Part shown: one piece after another, positions 13,720-22,160 of the stretch
Layout: the number at the start of each line of letters is the position of its first letter
How positions within the stretch are numbered: the first letter of the stretch is position 1
Source of the DNA: a virus
Taxonomy: Duplodnaviria; Caudoviricetes
IMG/VR virus record: IMGVR_UViG_3300037424_000597
Coordinates: 1-26,978 of that record
DNA: 26,978 bases
Direction: 5' to 3' (one strand)
Translations under genes and position numbers: made by a program
The notes under the pieces: model-generated
Databases searched by the model: none
Seen by the model: only the letters and a program-made list of their open reading frames with translations
What the model was told of the DNA's origin: nothing

Positions 13720-14116
13720 TCTAAATAAATCTAAATAAACCCCAAATTATCCAATTAAACCAACCCCTTACTAAAAAGACCTAAATCCTTTAGGTGCAAG
13801 TTATTGATTTAGGGGGATATTTAGGTTTTAGCTAAATATTTGGGTGGCTCTCCAGGGTCTTTCTAAGTATTTAATATATATATATATATTATAAAGAGAA
13901 GAAAAAACAGAAACAGAGACTTAGGTGATTTGTTTAAAAAAGAGAGTAGAAAGAAAGATTATCTCAAAGTCGACCAGCCACGGAAAGACCTAAATACCTA
14001 AACATATTGAAATGATTAGGGAAAATATGGAGGATTTAGGGGTTGGTTGGATTTAAGTAGTTATTCTAAGTAGTTAGGTTTTTCTTTTTGAAAATATTTA
14101 GGTTTGGAACCTAAAT
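13720..14116. repeat. cluster of CCTAAAT/ATTTAGG repeats around an (AT)8 tract
   Basis: Exact heptamers at 13780, 13807, 13819, 13989, 14034, 14096 and 14110, plus variants; (AT)8 at 13874-13889; IHF consensus CAAGTTATTGATT at 13797-13809. Confidence 0.7.
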
Positions 14117-14433
14117 TTATTTCACAAAAGAACTATGAAGCCCTATGTTATTTCCCATGCCAAGGCTAATTGGCATGGTATTTGATATGCCATTAAGCCT
14201 ACCCAAGTCTCTATCCATCCGGTTATACAATTACACATATGTTCATAACTCGTTTGTAAGATGCTGAAATGATTAGATAAGTCCCTTGAAGCTCTCCAGT
14301 GCCCCAGGCTGAACCCTTAAAAGACCCTGGCACTTACCCTTGCCTATGCCCCCAGCGTCGATCCTGGGGCAATCTGAGCATCCATAATTGAGGCACTTGG
14401 AGTTTAACTCGCCTCCCATGCTAAATACCAGAG

Positions 14434-14594
14434 TACTCTATATCTACTACTCTGTGCCCATAGCACATGGGTGGCTTAGACTACTTAGATATCCTATACT
14501 CTCCATACTCTTGATAACCCTCACCCCACAAGCTATGCCCTCATAGCATGGGCATCTATGACTATCATAGTACTCTCACTACTCTCACTACTCA
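14434..14594 (+). repeat. TACTCT short-repeat cluster
   Basis: TACTCT at 14434, 14448, 14497, 14506, 14571 and 14580; tandem TACTCTCAC units at 14571-14593. Confidence 0.65.
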
Positions 14595-14732
14595 AGCTGT
14601 CTGCTCCAGCATGGCTATTACTCGAAGCCCCACCATGACCCCCATGTTTAGAGCGACGTGGAGATGAAAAGGCTCGTTTAGCTATCTACGCAGAGTACTA
14701 TACTGTTTAAAATGTTGAAACGGTTATTAGAG

Positions 14733-14761
14733 TTGACAAATAAAATATTCTTTTTTATAAT
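14733..14761 (+). promoter_or_regulatory. consensus sigma70 promoter of the packaging/structural operon
   Basis: TTGACA (14733-14738), 17-bp spacer, TATAAT (14756-14761), 40 nt before ATG 14802. Confidence 0.85.
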
Positions 14762-14801
14762 TAAAGAAAATAAAACTTTTTGTTTATTTAAAAGGTGCTC
14801 C

Positions 14802-15113
14802 ATGCCGCAGGTACCAGAGGTAGTAACCGAAGCTGAACTCCATGACTCTCTAAGAGATGAAACTGGGAGAGTGACTCCTACTGTTATAACCTCCATGGAA
14901 GCAGAGATTAGGGTTAGTAGGACTAAGACCATCAAGGCTCTATACGATGCTAAGCCTCCGGAGGTTATCAAAGCCGAAGCTGAACTTATGCCTCTTGATC
15001 CATGGAGCAGGGTGGTGGCTAGGTTGGATAAGGAGCAGAATATTAAGGTGGACCACACTATAACTGCCATGGGCATCTTAGGATTGTTTCCAGTGGCGGT
15101 GAGGGAGGAATAA
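14802..15113 (+). CDS. probable terminase small subunit (start reassigned to ATG 14802)
   Basis: Size and position upstream of TerL; AAGGT SD; C-terminal 'EQNIKVDHTIT' strand typical of TerS. Mainly a positional call. Confidence 0.5.
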   Translation: MPQVPEVVTEAELHDSLRDETGRVTPTVITSMEAEIRVSRTKTIKALYDAKPPEVIKAEAELMPLDPWSRVVARLDKEQNIKVDHTITAMGILGLFPVAVREE

Positions 15114-15114
15114 A

Positions 15115-15291
15115 GTGCCCACAGTAACCCATGTTAAGAAGTACGAAAAGAAACTCCTCTCAGATGCTTACCAAATCCGTATCCCATGCTGTGAGGAGCT
15201 TAGAGAGGTTAACCCTAAGTGGAGAACTTGTCCTTATTGTGGTCAGGAGATTACTATAGAGGAGTTGCAAGAGGTTGTGGTGGAGGTTTGA
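15115..15291 (+). CDS. 58-aa zinc-ribbon microprotein (below ORF-track cut-off)
   Basis: GTG start after GGAGG; IPCC ... CPYCGQEI. Confidence 0.65.
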   Translation: MPTVTHVKKYEKKLLSDAYQIRIPCCEELREVNPKWRTCPYCGQEITIEELQEVVVEV

Positions 15292-15349
15292 CTGACTCCA
15301 TGTACTGAAGACACCCCTCAATAGCTTAAACAAGTATAATGGTTTTAAT

Positions 15350-16927
15350 GTGCTCAAACTAGACTTCACTCCTATAGAGAATTGTAACTACAAGAATGAC
15401 TACGAGTCCATTCTCCAGTCTCTCTATGCCCATGCTCTTTATAATGACATTCCTAAGATGGCGAGTGAGCTTAGGGAACTGTGTAAAACGGATTTGTTCT
15501 TTCTCCTCTACTTCGTCCTTGGGGTCAAGACTATAAACCATCCATGGATAGTAGACCGAGTTCGAGAGGTAGAATCACTCCATGATAGAACATTGGATTT
15601 GTGGTCGAGGGAACATTTTAAGTCAACTATCCTCACCTATGGATTAATAATTCAAGAGTTCCTTAATGACCCTGAAGCTAGAATCGCTATCTTCTCCCAT
15701 ACAAGAGGAATCGCTAAAGCTTTTCTTAGAAGAATTAAGCTCACCTTTGAATCTAATGATCTCCTCAAGACTCTCTTTCCAGATATACTGTACTCCGATC
15801 CTAAAAATCAAAGCCCTAAGTGGTCAGAGGATGATGGGATTATTATCAACCGGAAGGGTGTTTACAACGAAGCATCTTTAGAGGCATGGGGGTTGGTGGA
15901 TGGTATGCCTACCTCTAGGCACTATACTATTAGAGTTTACGATGATGTAGTGACTAAGGATTCTGTTTCTACTCCTGAACAGATCAAGAAGACCGATGAA
16001 GCCTTTAAGCTATCTCAGTTCCTAGGTGCCAGAGGGGGTACAGTTAGAGTAGTAGGCACTCGGTACCATTTTGCAGATCAGTATTCTAAAATGCTAGGTA
16101 CTGGAGCATGGGCGGAGAGGATTAGAAAGGGCGTAAACAATGGGGTCTCTGTCTTTCTTACTCAGAAAGAGCTAGATGATTTCAAGACCATAGTCTGTGA
16201 AGGTAATACCTACGTTTGGAACTGCCAAATGCTCCTAGACCCTGTAGCTGAGGAAGCTCAGGAGTTTAAGAAAGCGTGGCTTAGGTACTATCGGACCCTC
16301 CCAGACCGAGCCATGAACATTTATCTCTTCTGTGACCCTGCTAATGAGAAAAAGACCCAAGGTGCTGGCTCAGACTACACTGTCTTTTGGGTATGGGGCT
16401 TGGATCCTTTAGGTAACTTCTTTTTAGTAGACTTAGTCCGAGAGCGTCTTAACCTCTTTGAGCGTTGGAAAGCTCTTTCTAAACTCATGCGCAAGCACCC
16501 AACTATTCGCAAGGTTCTCTACGAACAATATGGCCTCCAAGCTGACATAGCTCACTTTCAACACATGATGAAGGAGGATGGTATCTATTTTACGATTGAG
16601 CCTTTGGGGGGTAAACTTAAAAAGGAGGATCGTATTAGGAAACTCGTTCCTTTATTCGAGAATGGAAAGGTGTACTTACCTGAAGCTCTTTACTCGGAGG
16701 TTGATGGTCGGGATTATATTAAGGAGTTTGTTGAAGAGGAGTATCTCCTCTTCCCATATGCCTCCCATGATGATGGACTAGATGCAGCGTCTCGGGTAAA
16801 GGACGAGAAAGCAGAGGTTTACCCCCCTATGGCTTTTCCTAACGAAGAGCAAGATGAGGATGATAATGTGGTGGTGATGAATACTTGGGCTCAGAGGAAG
16901 GCTAATAGTAAGTGGGCTAATATGTAG
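15350..16927 (+). CDS. terL: terminase large subunit
   Basis: Deviant Walker A SREHFKST, Walker B IRVYDDVV, coupling motif VVGTRYH, and RNase H-like nuclease motifs FCDPA, SDYT and HDDGLDA. Confidence 0.95.
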   Translation: MLKLDFTPIENCNYKNDYESILQSLYAHALYNDIPKMASELRELCKTDLFFLLYFVLGVKTINHPWIVDRVREVESLHDRTLDLWSREHFKSTILTYGLIIQEFLNDPEARIAIFSHTRGIAKAFLRRIKLTFESNDLLKTLFPDILYSDPKNQSPKWSEDDGIIINRKGVYNEASLEAWGLVDGMPTSRHYTIRVYDDVVTKDSVSTPEQIKKTDEAFKLSQFLGARGGTVRVVGTRYHFADQYSKMLGTGAWAERIRKGVNNGVSVFLTQKELDDFKTIVCEGNTYVWNCQMLLDPVAEEAQEFKKAWLRYYRTLPDRAMNIYLFCDPANEKKTQGAGSDYTVFWVWGLDPLGNFFLVDLVRERLNLFERWKALSKLMRKHPTIRKVLYEQYGLQADIAHFQHMMKEDGIYFTIEPLGGKLKKEDRIRKLVPLFENGKVYLPEALYSEVDGRDYIKEFVEEEYLLFPYASHDDGLDAASRVKDEKAEVYPPMAFPNEEQDEDDNVVVMNTWAQRKANSKWANM

Positions 16928-16953
16928 TTGGAAACTGTTTAAAAGGCAAACGA

Positions 16954-18324
16954 ATGGCGACCTTTAATCTATCCCAAGGTACTCAAGACCTCTACTCTCA
17001 GTTTAGAGAGTATCTTACTGGCGCTGCTAGTGAGAAGCTTAAGGGTGTTTATGGTGGTGGAAAGAAGGAAGCGCAGGAGGATATTAGCAGGTTGTTATCC
17101 CTTATTGGGTTTGATGAGAGTCCTAAGCAAGCCTTTGCTAGTGGTATTATGAATATTCAACCTGGATACTTAGCTTCTAACTTTAGGACTCCTCAACAAA
17201 TTCAAGCCTTAAGGAAGATGATAGCGGAGGAGATGAGGAGTAGGGGTAGTGTAAGCCAAGTAACATCGAAGCAGTTTGTTCATACTGGAGATATGTATAA
17301 TCCAGAAGTTATAAAAAAACAGCTAGATAAGGGGTCAGCCCCCTTATATGGTTATGATCCAATAGGAGCCTCGTCTATTGAAAAAGTTCCTGATCCTATA
17401 GACCAAATCCTTCGTGGTAGTTGGTATCATGGGATGAGTAGTCAAGCAAGAGACAAAACTTTGGGCTTTTCGTTAGATAGAACTATAGGTGGTAAGGCTG
17501 GAGAAACGCCTCTTATGTTGGCAACAGAAAGAGGGTTTCCACAATCATTGCATGATACTCAATCCATCTCCAATAAACTAGGTGAGCCAGCGGGTGTATC
17601 TATCTCCATGCTACCAACTAAAGCCAAACAGTTCTCAGCCGATGAGTACATCCATAGGGTGCTTCCTCAATCTGGTGGGAGTCCTATGGAGCGGACTGTA
17701 AACTTGATGACTTCTGAGGGTAGGAAGGCGTTGAATGATGCTTATGATGTGGTGGCAAACAAAGTGCTTTTTGTAAAAGAGCCAGTGCTTGGTAGTGAAT
17801 TTAGTAGAGCAGATATAATAAAAGACATTATAAGAAGAGATAATATGTATGTTCCACCTACCAATGTAGAGAAATTAATTCAAGAAGGCTTTACATCTAT
17901 GCCGAGTACGGGCCCCTTCAACCAACAACTCTCTTCCCAACTACAATCCTCCGGCTACCGAGGCATCCTCTACAATCCCAAACGTTGGGACGAGTACGAG
18001 ATGTTGATGTTTGATCCTAAGTATGTATTGCCGTTGGATTATAGAAAGGTTGGGGAGTATGCAAGTCCTGTCAGAAGGCGGGTTGGTTATGAGTTTAATC
18101 CACAAGCAGCGTCTTCTCCTGAAGTGAATGCGACTCCAGGAATCCAACGAGGCCTCTCCCAAATCCAAGACGACATGGCAAAGAATGCCTCTCGTCTAGG
18201 AGACATCTACTCCGAGCGTCCATGGAGTCAAAGACTTAGTACTGAAAACAAGAACTCCTTGTTAGAACTAATAGACGAACGTTATAGAGAATCTGTAGGC
18301 AACCAGTTGTTTGGAGGATTTTGA
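16954..18324 (+). CDS. putative ADP-ribosyltransferase-fold protein (ART-PolyVal-like)
   Basis: WYHG ... GVSIS.....A..F ... L...GYRGILY ... DEYEMLMFDP motifs occur in ART order. Confidence 0.55.
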   Translation: MATFNLSQGTQDLYSQFREYLTGAASEKLKGVYGGGKKEAQEDISRLLSLIGFDESPKQAFASGIMNIQPGYLASNFRTPQQIQALRKMIAEEMRSRGSVSQVTSKQFVHTGDMYNPEVIKKQLDKGSAPLYGYDPIGASSIEKVPDPIDQILRGSWYHGMSSQARDKTLGFSLDRTIGGKAGETPLMLATERGFPQSLHDTQSISNKLGEPAGVSISMLPTKAKQFSADEYIHRVLPQSGGSPMERTVNLMTSEGRKALNDAYDVVANKVLFVKEPVLGSEFSRADIIKDIIRRDNMYVPPTNVEKLIQEGFTSMPSTGPFNQQLSSQLQSSGYRGILYNPKRWDEYEMLMFDPKYVLPLDYRKVGEYASPVRRRVGYEFNPQAASSPEVNATPGIQRGLSQIQDDMAKNASRLGDIYSERPWSQRLSTENKNSLLELIDERYRESVGNQLFGGF

Positions 18325-18326
18325 CT

Positions 18327-18473
18327 ATGAAAGGTGACAAGACCAAGAAAACTCACAAGATGCCAGACGGCGATATGATGCCGGATGAAGAGATGGCTAA
18401 GATGATGAGCAAGAAGAAAAAGCAAATGAAACAAAAAGGCTCTGCTGATGGTAGAGTCTATTCGAGGACCTAA
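18327..18473 (+). CDS. 48-aa Lys/Met-rich microprotein with HxMPDGxxM motif (below ORF-track cut-off)
   Basis: GGAGG SD; MKGDKTKKTHKMPDGDMMPDEEMAKMMSKKKK...; abuts the portal start. Confidence 0.7.
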   Translation: MKGDKTKKTHKMPDGDMMPDEEMAKMMSKKKKQMKQKGSADGRVYSRT

Positions 18474-20489
18474 GTGGCAGACCTAACAGGCCCTACAGGT
18501 TCTATCTTTGGAGCAGAGGAATCTACCCTCCCCATCTCTCCAGAGCTATTCTCTGAGGCAACCACTCATCTAGAGAATCGTATTAGAGAGCTAGGCAACT
18601 ATGTTCGAGTACTATTCGATCGCTTTGATGGGTCTTCTACTAGGAAGAAAATCCTAGACACAGTCGCAGCCTCTAGAAAAGCCTATTACCAAGAGACTGA
18701 AACTACTAACTTCCCATGGGACAACGCCTCAAATATGATAGCTCCTCTAACCACCATGGGTGTGGATGAGGTAGAGCCTAGATTAGTTAATGCTGTTATA
18801 GGTAAAGAGCCTTTTATAAAAGCTAAACCTAACAAAGGAGCCTCAACCAAAGAAGAGGCCCAACAGATTACAGAGTTTGATAACCACGTTCTAAAGAATT
18901 TAGTTAAGATAGAAGAGTTAGTCCCTCAACTAATCCACGAGAAGCTCATAGATGGAACCATCTATCCTCTTTTGTCATGGGAGACTAAGACTAAAAAGGT
19001 AAAGAGATTAGTTCAAAACCCAGAAGCCCCTAATGGTTGGGGTAGAGAGATTCAAGAGTACAAAATAGACAAGCCTTGTATTGAACTAGTACCCATAGAA
19101 TATGTTTGGCATGAGGATCATCTCAACGACGAGGACTGGGAAAACGCACCTGTAATACGCTATGTGGGTAACATCACCATAGGTGAGATTCTTGATAGAG
19201 CAGAGCAAGGCGAGATAGGTTGGTTAAATCCTGAAGGTGGAGAGATTCCTGACAGAGAGGGGTTTCAGAAGATTCTAGAGTCCTATGTGGCTACTGAGAT
19301 AGAAAAAACCACCCAACAAAAGACCGAATCAACCCAGGATTACTTCTCAGACTTTCAACCTCGCCAAAAACCCATAGAGTTTTACGAGGCTTTTATAAAG
19401 TTCGACTTCTTTGGCGAGGACCAGAAGGATGAGAACCTTATAGTTCTAGTTGAAAAAAACACCTTCACTCCATTCCGCATCCGAGAGCAGATAGAAGTAA
19501 TAGACGAGAACATAAAACCTCTCCGCCGCCAAAGATTCCTAAAGCGTCGAGGTATCTCTTGGGGTTATCCTCTCTACACCCTTATAGCTGGGATCCAACT
19601 AGGTGTTGATGCCATGTGGAATAGGTGTGTCAACTCTGCAGACGTCACCATGACTCCATGGGGCTTTGTAAAGAGAGGACTATCTGGACTTCTAAGCAAC
19701 AAGCCTAAGATTTACCCTGGAGCTTTGAATGAGGTAGAGGGCAACCCATCTGACTCTGTGTTCTTTCCTAATCTCCAAATGTTCCAACCCCAACAATTCA
19801 TACCTCTAATCATGCAATACATCTCCTTCTTTGAGCGCACTCTTAATGTAACAGACTTTATGCAAGGCCGTGAGTCTGCTCAGGTGGGAAAGAAGGGTTC
19901 TACTGCTACAGGTACTTTAGCTATACTTCAAGAGGGTAAGATTAAGTTCGAGTACCGTGGAGGTTTAACCCACTTAGAGTTCCTAGACCTCTTCAAGAAC
20001 ATCCATGACCTTTGTGTCTCCAATATGCCTGTTGAGGAGCATATTAAGATTACCGGAGCACCTATAACTCAGTACTCTTGTTCTGAAATCTACATCTTTG
20101 ATCTAGTAGGCTCTGATCTAGTCTCTAACCGTTTCACCGAGCGCCAGGAGATAGAGTCCTTGGCTATGCTCTCTCAACAGTTTATACAGATGGGAGTAGC
20201 CAATCCTATTCCTGTGTACACTGACGTCTTAAACTCTTACAAATCTACTACTGATAGAGAACCCGAAGAGTATATAGACCCCGAGCTTTCAGCTATGATC
20301 CAACAGTTCCTCCAAATACGTAAGAACAAACAAGAGATAATGGCAATGGGTATCCCTGAGGAGATAGCTGCTCAAGCCGCTCAACAGGGATTTGATGCAA
20401 AAACTGTCAAGACTTACCTAGAACAGCTTGGTTCACAAGCTGGGGAGGCACAATTTGGAACTGGAGAATCTAAGGGAGCTATTCAATAG
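18474..20489 (+). CDS. portal protein (large, podovirus/P22-like)
   Basis: 671 aa downstream of TerL; FPW.NASN, WGYPL...I, N..D.MQG ... TATGT..I features and a Q-rich helical tail. Confidence 0.85.
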   Translation: MADLTGPTGSIFGAEESTLPISPELFSEATTHLENRIRELGNYVRVLFDRFDGSSTRKKILDTVAASRKAYYQETETTNFPWDNASNMIAPLTTMGVDEVEPRLVNAVIGKEPFIKAKPNKGASTKEEAQQITEFDNHVLKNLVKIEELVPQLIHEKLIDGTIYPLLSWETKTKKVKRLVQNPEAPNGWGREIQEYKIDKPCIELVPIEYVWHEDHLNDEDWENAPVIRYVGNITIGEILDRAEQGEIGWLNPEGGEIPDREGFQKILESYVATEIEKTTQQKTESTQDYFSDFQPRQKPIEFYEAFIKFDFFGEDQKDENLIVLVEKNTFTPFRIREQIEVIDENIKPLRRQRFLKRRGISWGYPLYTLIAGIQLGVDAMWNRCVNSADVTMTPWGFVKRGLSGLLSNKPKIYPGALNEVEGNPSDSVFFPNLQMFQPQQFIPLIMQYISFFERTLNVTDFMQGRESAQVGKKGSTATGTLAILQEGKIKFEYRGGLTHLEFLDLFKNIHDLCVSNMPVEEHIKITGAPITQYSCSEIYIFDLVGSDLVSNRFTERQEIESLAMLSQQFIQMGVANPIPVYTDVLNSYKSTTDREPEEYIDPELSAMIQQFLQIRKNKQEIMAMGIPEEIAAQAAQQGFDAKTVKTYLEQLGSQAGEAQFGTGESKGAIQ

Positions 20490-20748
20490 CCCAGGATGGG
20501 AGGCTTATAGAGAACAAGCAGAGGAGACTGTCTACAACCTCTTCATCGCCATGCTTGATCTTGAGCCGAATGATCCTCAAAGCTTTATTACTTTCCTCCA
20601 ACTAAAGACTCGTATTAACCAGATACGAGATATGACCTACATCTTAGAATCAAACCTTGCGGTTTCGCCTGACAAAGTAGAAATCATTAATGAGACCTAC
20701 AAAGGCATATTCCGCAGACTAACCAAAAAATTATTCCTAGGAGAATAA
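20455..20748 (+). CDS. small head-module protein following the portal (start likely TTG 20455)
   Basis: GGGAGG SD; 'LRELFNSPGWEAY' motif typical of genes between portal and scaffold. Confidence 0.65.
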   Translation: MELENLRELFNSPGWEAYREQAEETVYNLFIAMLDLEPNDPQSFITFLQLKTRINQIRDMTYILESNLAVSPDKVEIINETYKGIFRRLTKKLFLGE

Positions 20749-20749
20749 C

Positions 20750-21568
20750 ATGGCTGGTGAAGATAAAGCCACGGTAGAAGACAGGGTAGCTGATGTCCAT
20801 GCCCCAATGACTATTAACGTAGATGATTTTGATTTGGGGGGTGTGGACGAAGATAAAGAGAAGGAAGTTAGTTCTAAAGAAGATAAAGAAGTTGAGATTG
20901 AAATTGAGGGCAAAGAGTCTAAGGTTGAAAAAGAAGAGTCTGAACTTACCAAGCTCCAAAAGCAAGTAAACACTCTCACCGAGGAGCTTCTAAAGGTCTC
21001 TACTAGAAAGCCCGAGAGAGTAATAGAGACTAAAGAGGAGAAAAAGGAGAAGCTAACCCAGGCTCAACTAGTAGGAATAATCAAAGAGAACAAAGACAAG
21101 GACAACTTTCCTGAGATTCTAGCCAATGTAATGGCTTATATAGCCGAAGACACTGCTTCTAGTATAAAGAACAAAACCATGGAGGAGGTAAGCCACAACC
21201 AGTGGAAGACTAACCTCTCTGGAAAAGCTAATAGAATACTATCAGAGGACCCAGGTGGCTACCTAACTGCCAATCCAAAGATTAAAAGTGAACTTCCTGA
21301 AATGGCTAAGAACTTAGGTCTTGCAGATCACCCTGTTGGTGAGCTAGCAGCCTATGGAATCTATAAGCTCTTAGAAGACGCTAAGGCTAAGGACGCTAAG
21401 GTTGATAAACTTAAGAGTTCTTCAACTAATAATTCATCTAGAGTCATGGATAAGACTCGGGTTTCTTCTCAAACTGGCAAAGTAACTTTAACTCCTGAAC
21501 AGATAGCCGTTGCTAAGAAGTTTGGAGTTAAACCAGAAACCTATGCTATGTTTGTAAGGAAATCTTAA
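20750..21568 (+). CDS. capsid scaffolding protein
   Basis: Acidic N-terminus, coiled coil, C-terminal LTPEQIAVAKKFGVKPETYA; position in the head module. Confidence 0.75.
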   Translation: MAGEDKATVEDRVADVHAPMTINVDDFDLGGVDEDKEKEVSSKEDKEVEIEIEGKESKVEKEESELTKLQKQVNTLTEELLKVSTRKPERVIETKEEKKEKLTQAQLVGIIKENKDKDNFPEILANVMAYIAEDTASSIKNKTMEEVSHNQWKTNLSGKANRILSEDPGGYLTANPKIKSELPEMAKNLGLADHPVGELAAYGIYKLLEDAKAKDAKVDKLKSSSTNNSSRVMDKTRVSSQTGKVTLTPEQIAVAKKFGVKPETYAMFVRKS

Positions 21569-21579
21569 GGGGGTAAGAG

Positions 21580-22128
21580 ATGGTTAAAACTAAAGAAGAT
21601 AAAGTACTCGACGACATTCTGGCGCCCAAACCAACAGACAAGGACTTCATTTCTGAATTGGTCCAGTCTCAAGAAGACCTTTTTCCCCAAGCCTCGGATA
21701 TAGAGGTGACTTACAAATACCAAGACCCATTCGAGATTCCAAAGTGGTGTAACCAAAAAGACTATGCCTTTGCCTGGGCAGACATTCGTGATGATATTAC
21801 TCGTCATAGAGTCTTTGAGGTTCAGTACTTTAAGTTAGTAAACCGAATGAGCCCATGTATTATTAAGGAAAAGATGCTTCATAGAGACTTTCGAGACCAT
21901 GGAGCAGTAGAACGTCAAGGGGTTTTTCTAATCTACCGTCCTATAGAACTAGATGAAAAACTCCGTACCTATCCTGTCCTCCGTCATGCTGAGATGGTTA
22001 GTGCTATAAGAGATGGAAAGAGTGGACAAGGCTACGAAATCTCTCAAAAGAAAGGTGAGGACACTGGCTCTAATATCGAAGTCATTGCTGCTGAGGAGGC
22101 TGGAACCGAAGGCATAAAGATGGTCTAA
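21580..22128 (+). CDS. head-module hypothetical protein
   Basis: Lies between scaffold and capsid genes; good ORF. Confidence 0.7.
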   Translation: MVKTKEDKVLDDILAPKPTDKDFISELVQSQEDLFPQASDIEVTYKYQDPFEIPKWCNQKDYAFAWADIRDDITRHRVFEVQYFKLVNRMSPCIIKEKMLHRDFRDHGAVERQGVFLIYRPIELDEKLRTYPVLRHAEMVSAIRDGKSGQGYEISQKKGEDTGSNIEVIAAEEAGTEGIKMV

Positions 22129-22160
22129 CCGTTTAAATTGCAAACAAATAGGAGTACACA

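Noticed and set aside
14171-14186. TGGCATGGTATTTGAT as a sigma54 promoter
   Set aside because: The -12 reads GA instead of GC, no gene lies close downstream, and it is explained as part of an inverted repeat.
14328-14344. TGGCACTTACCCTTGCC as a sigma54 promoter
   Set aside because: GG-to-GC spacing is 11 rather than the required 10.
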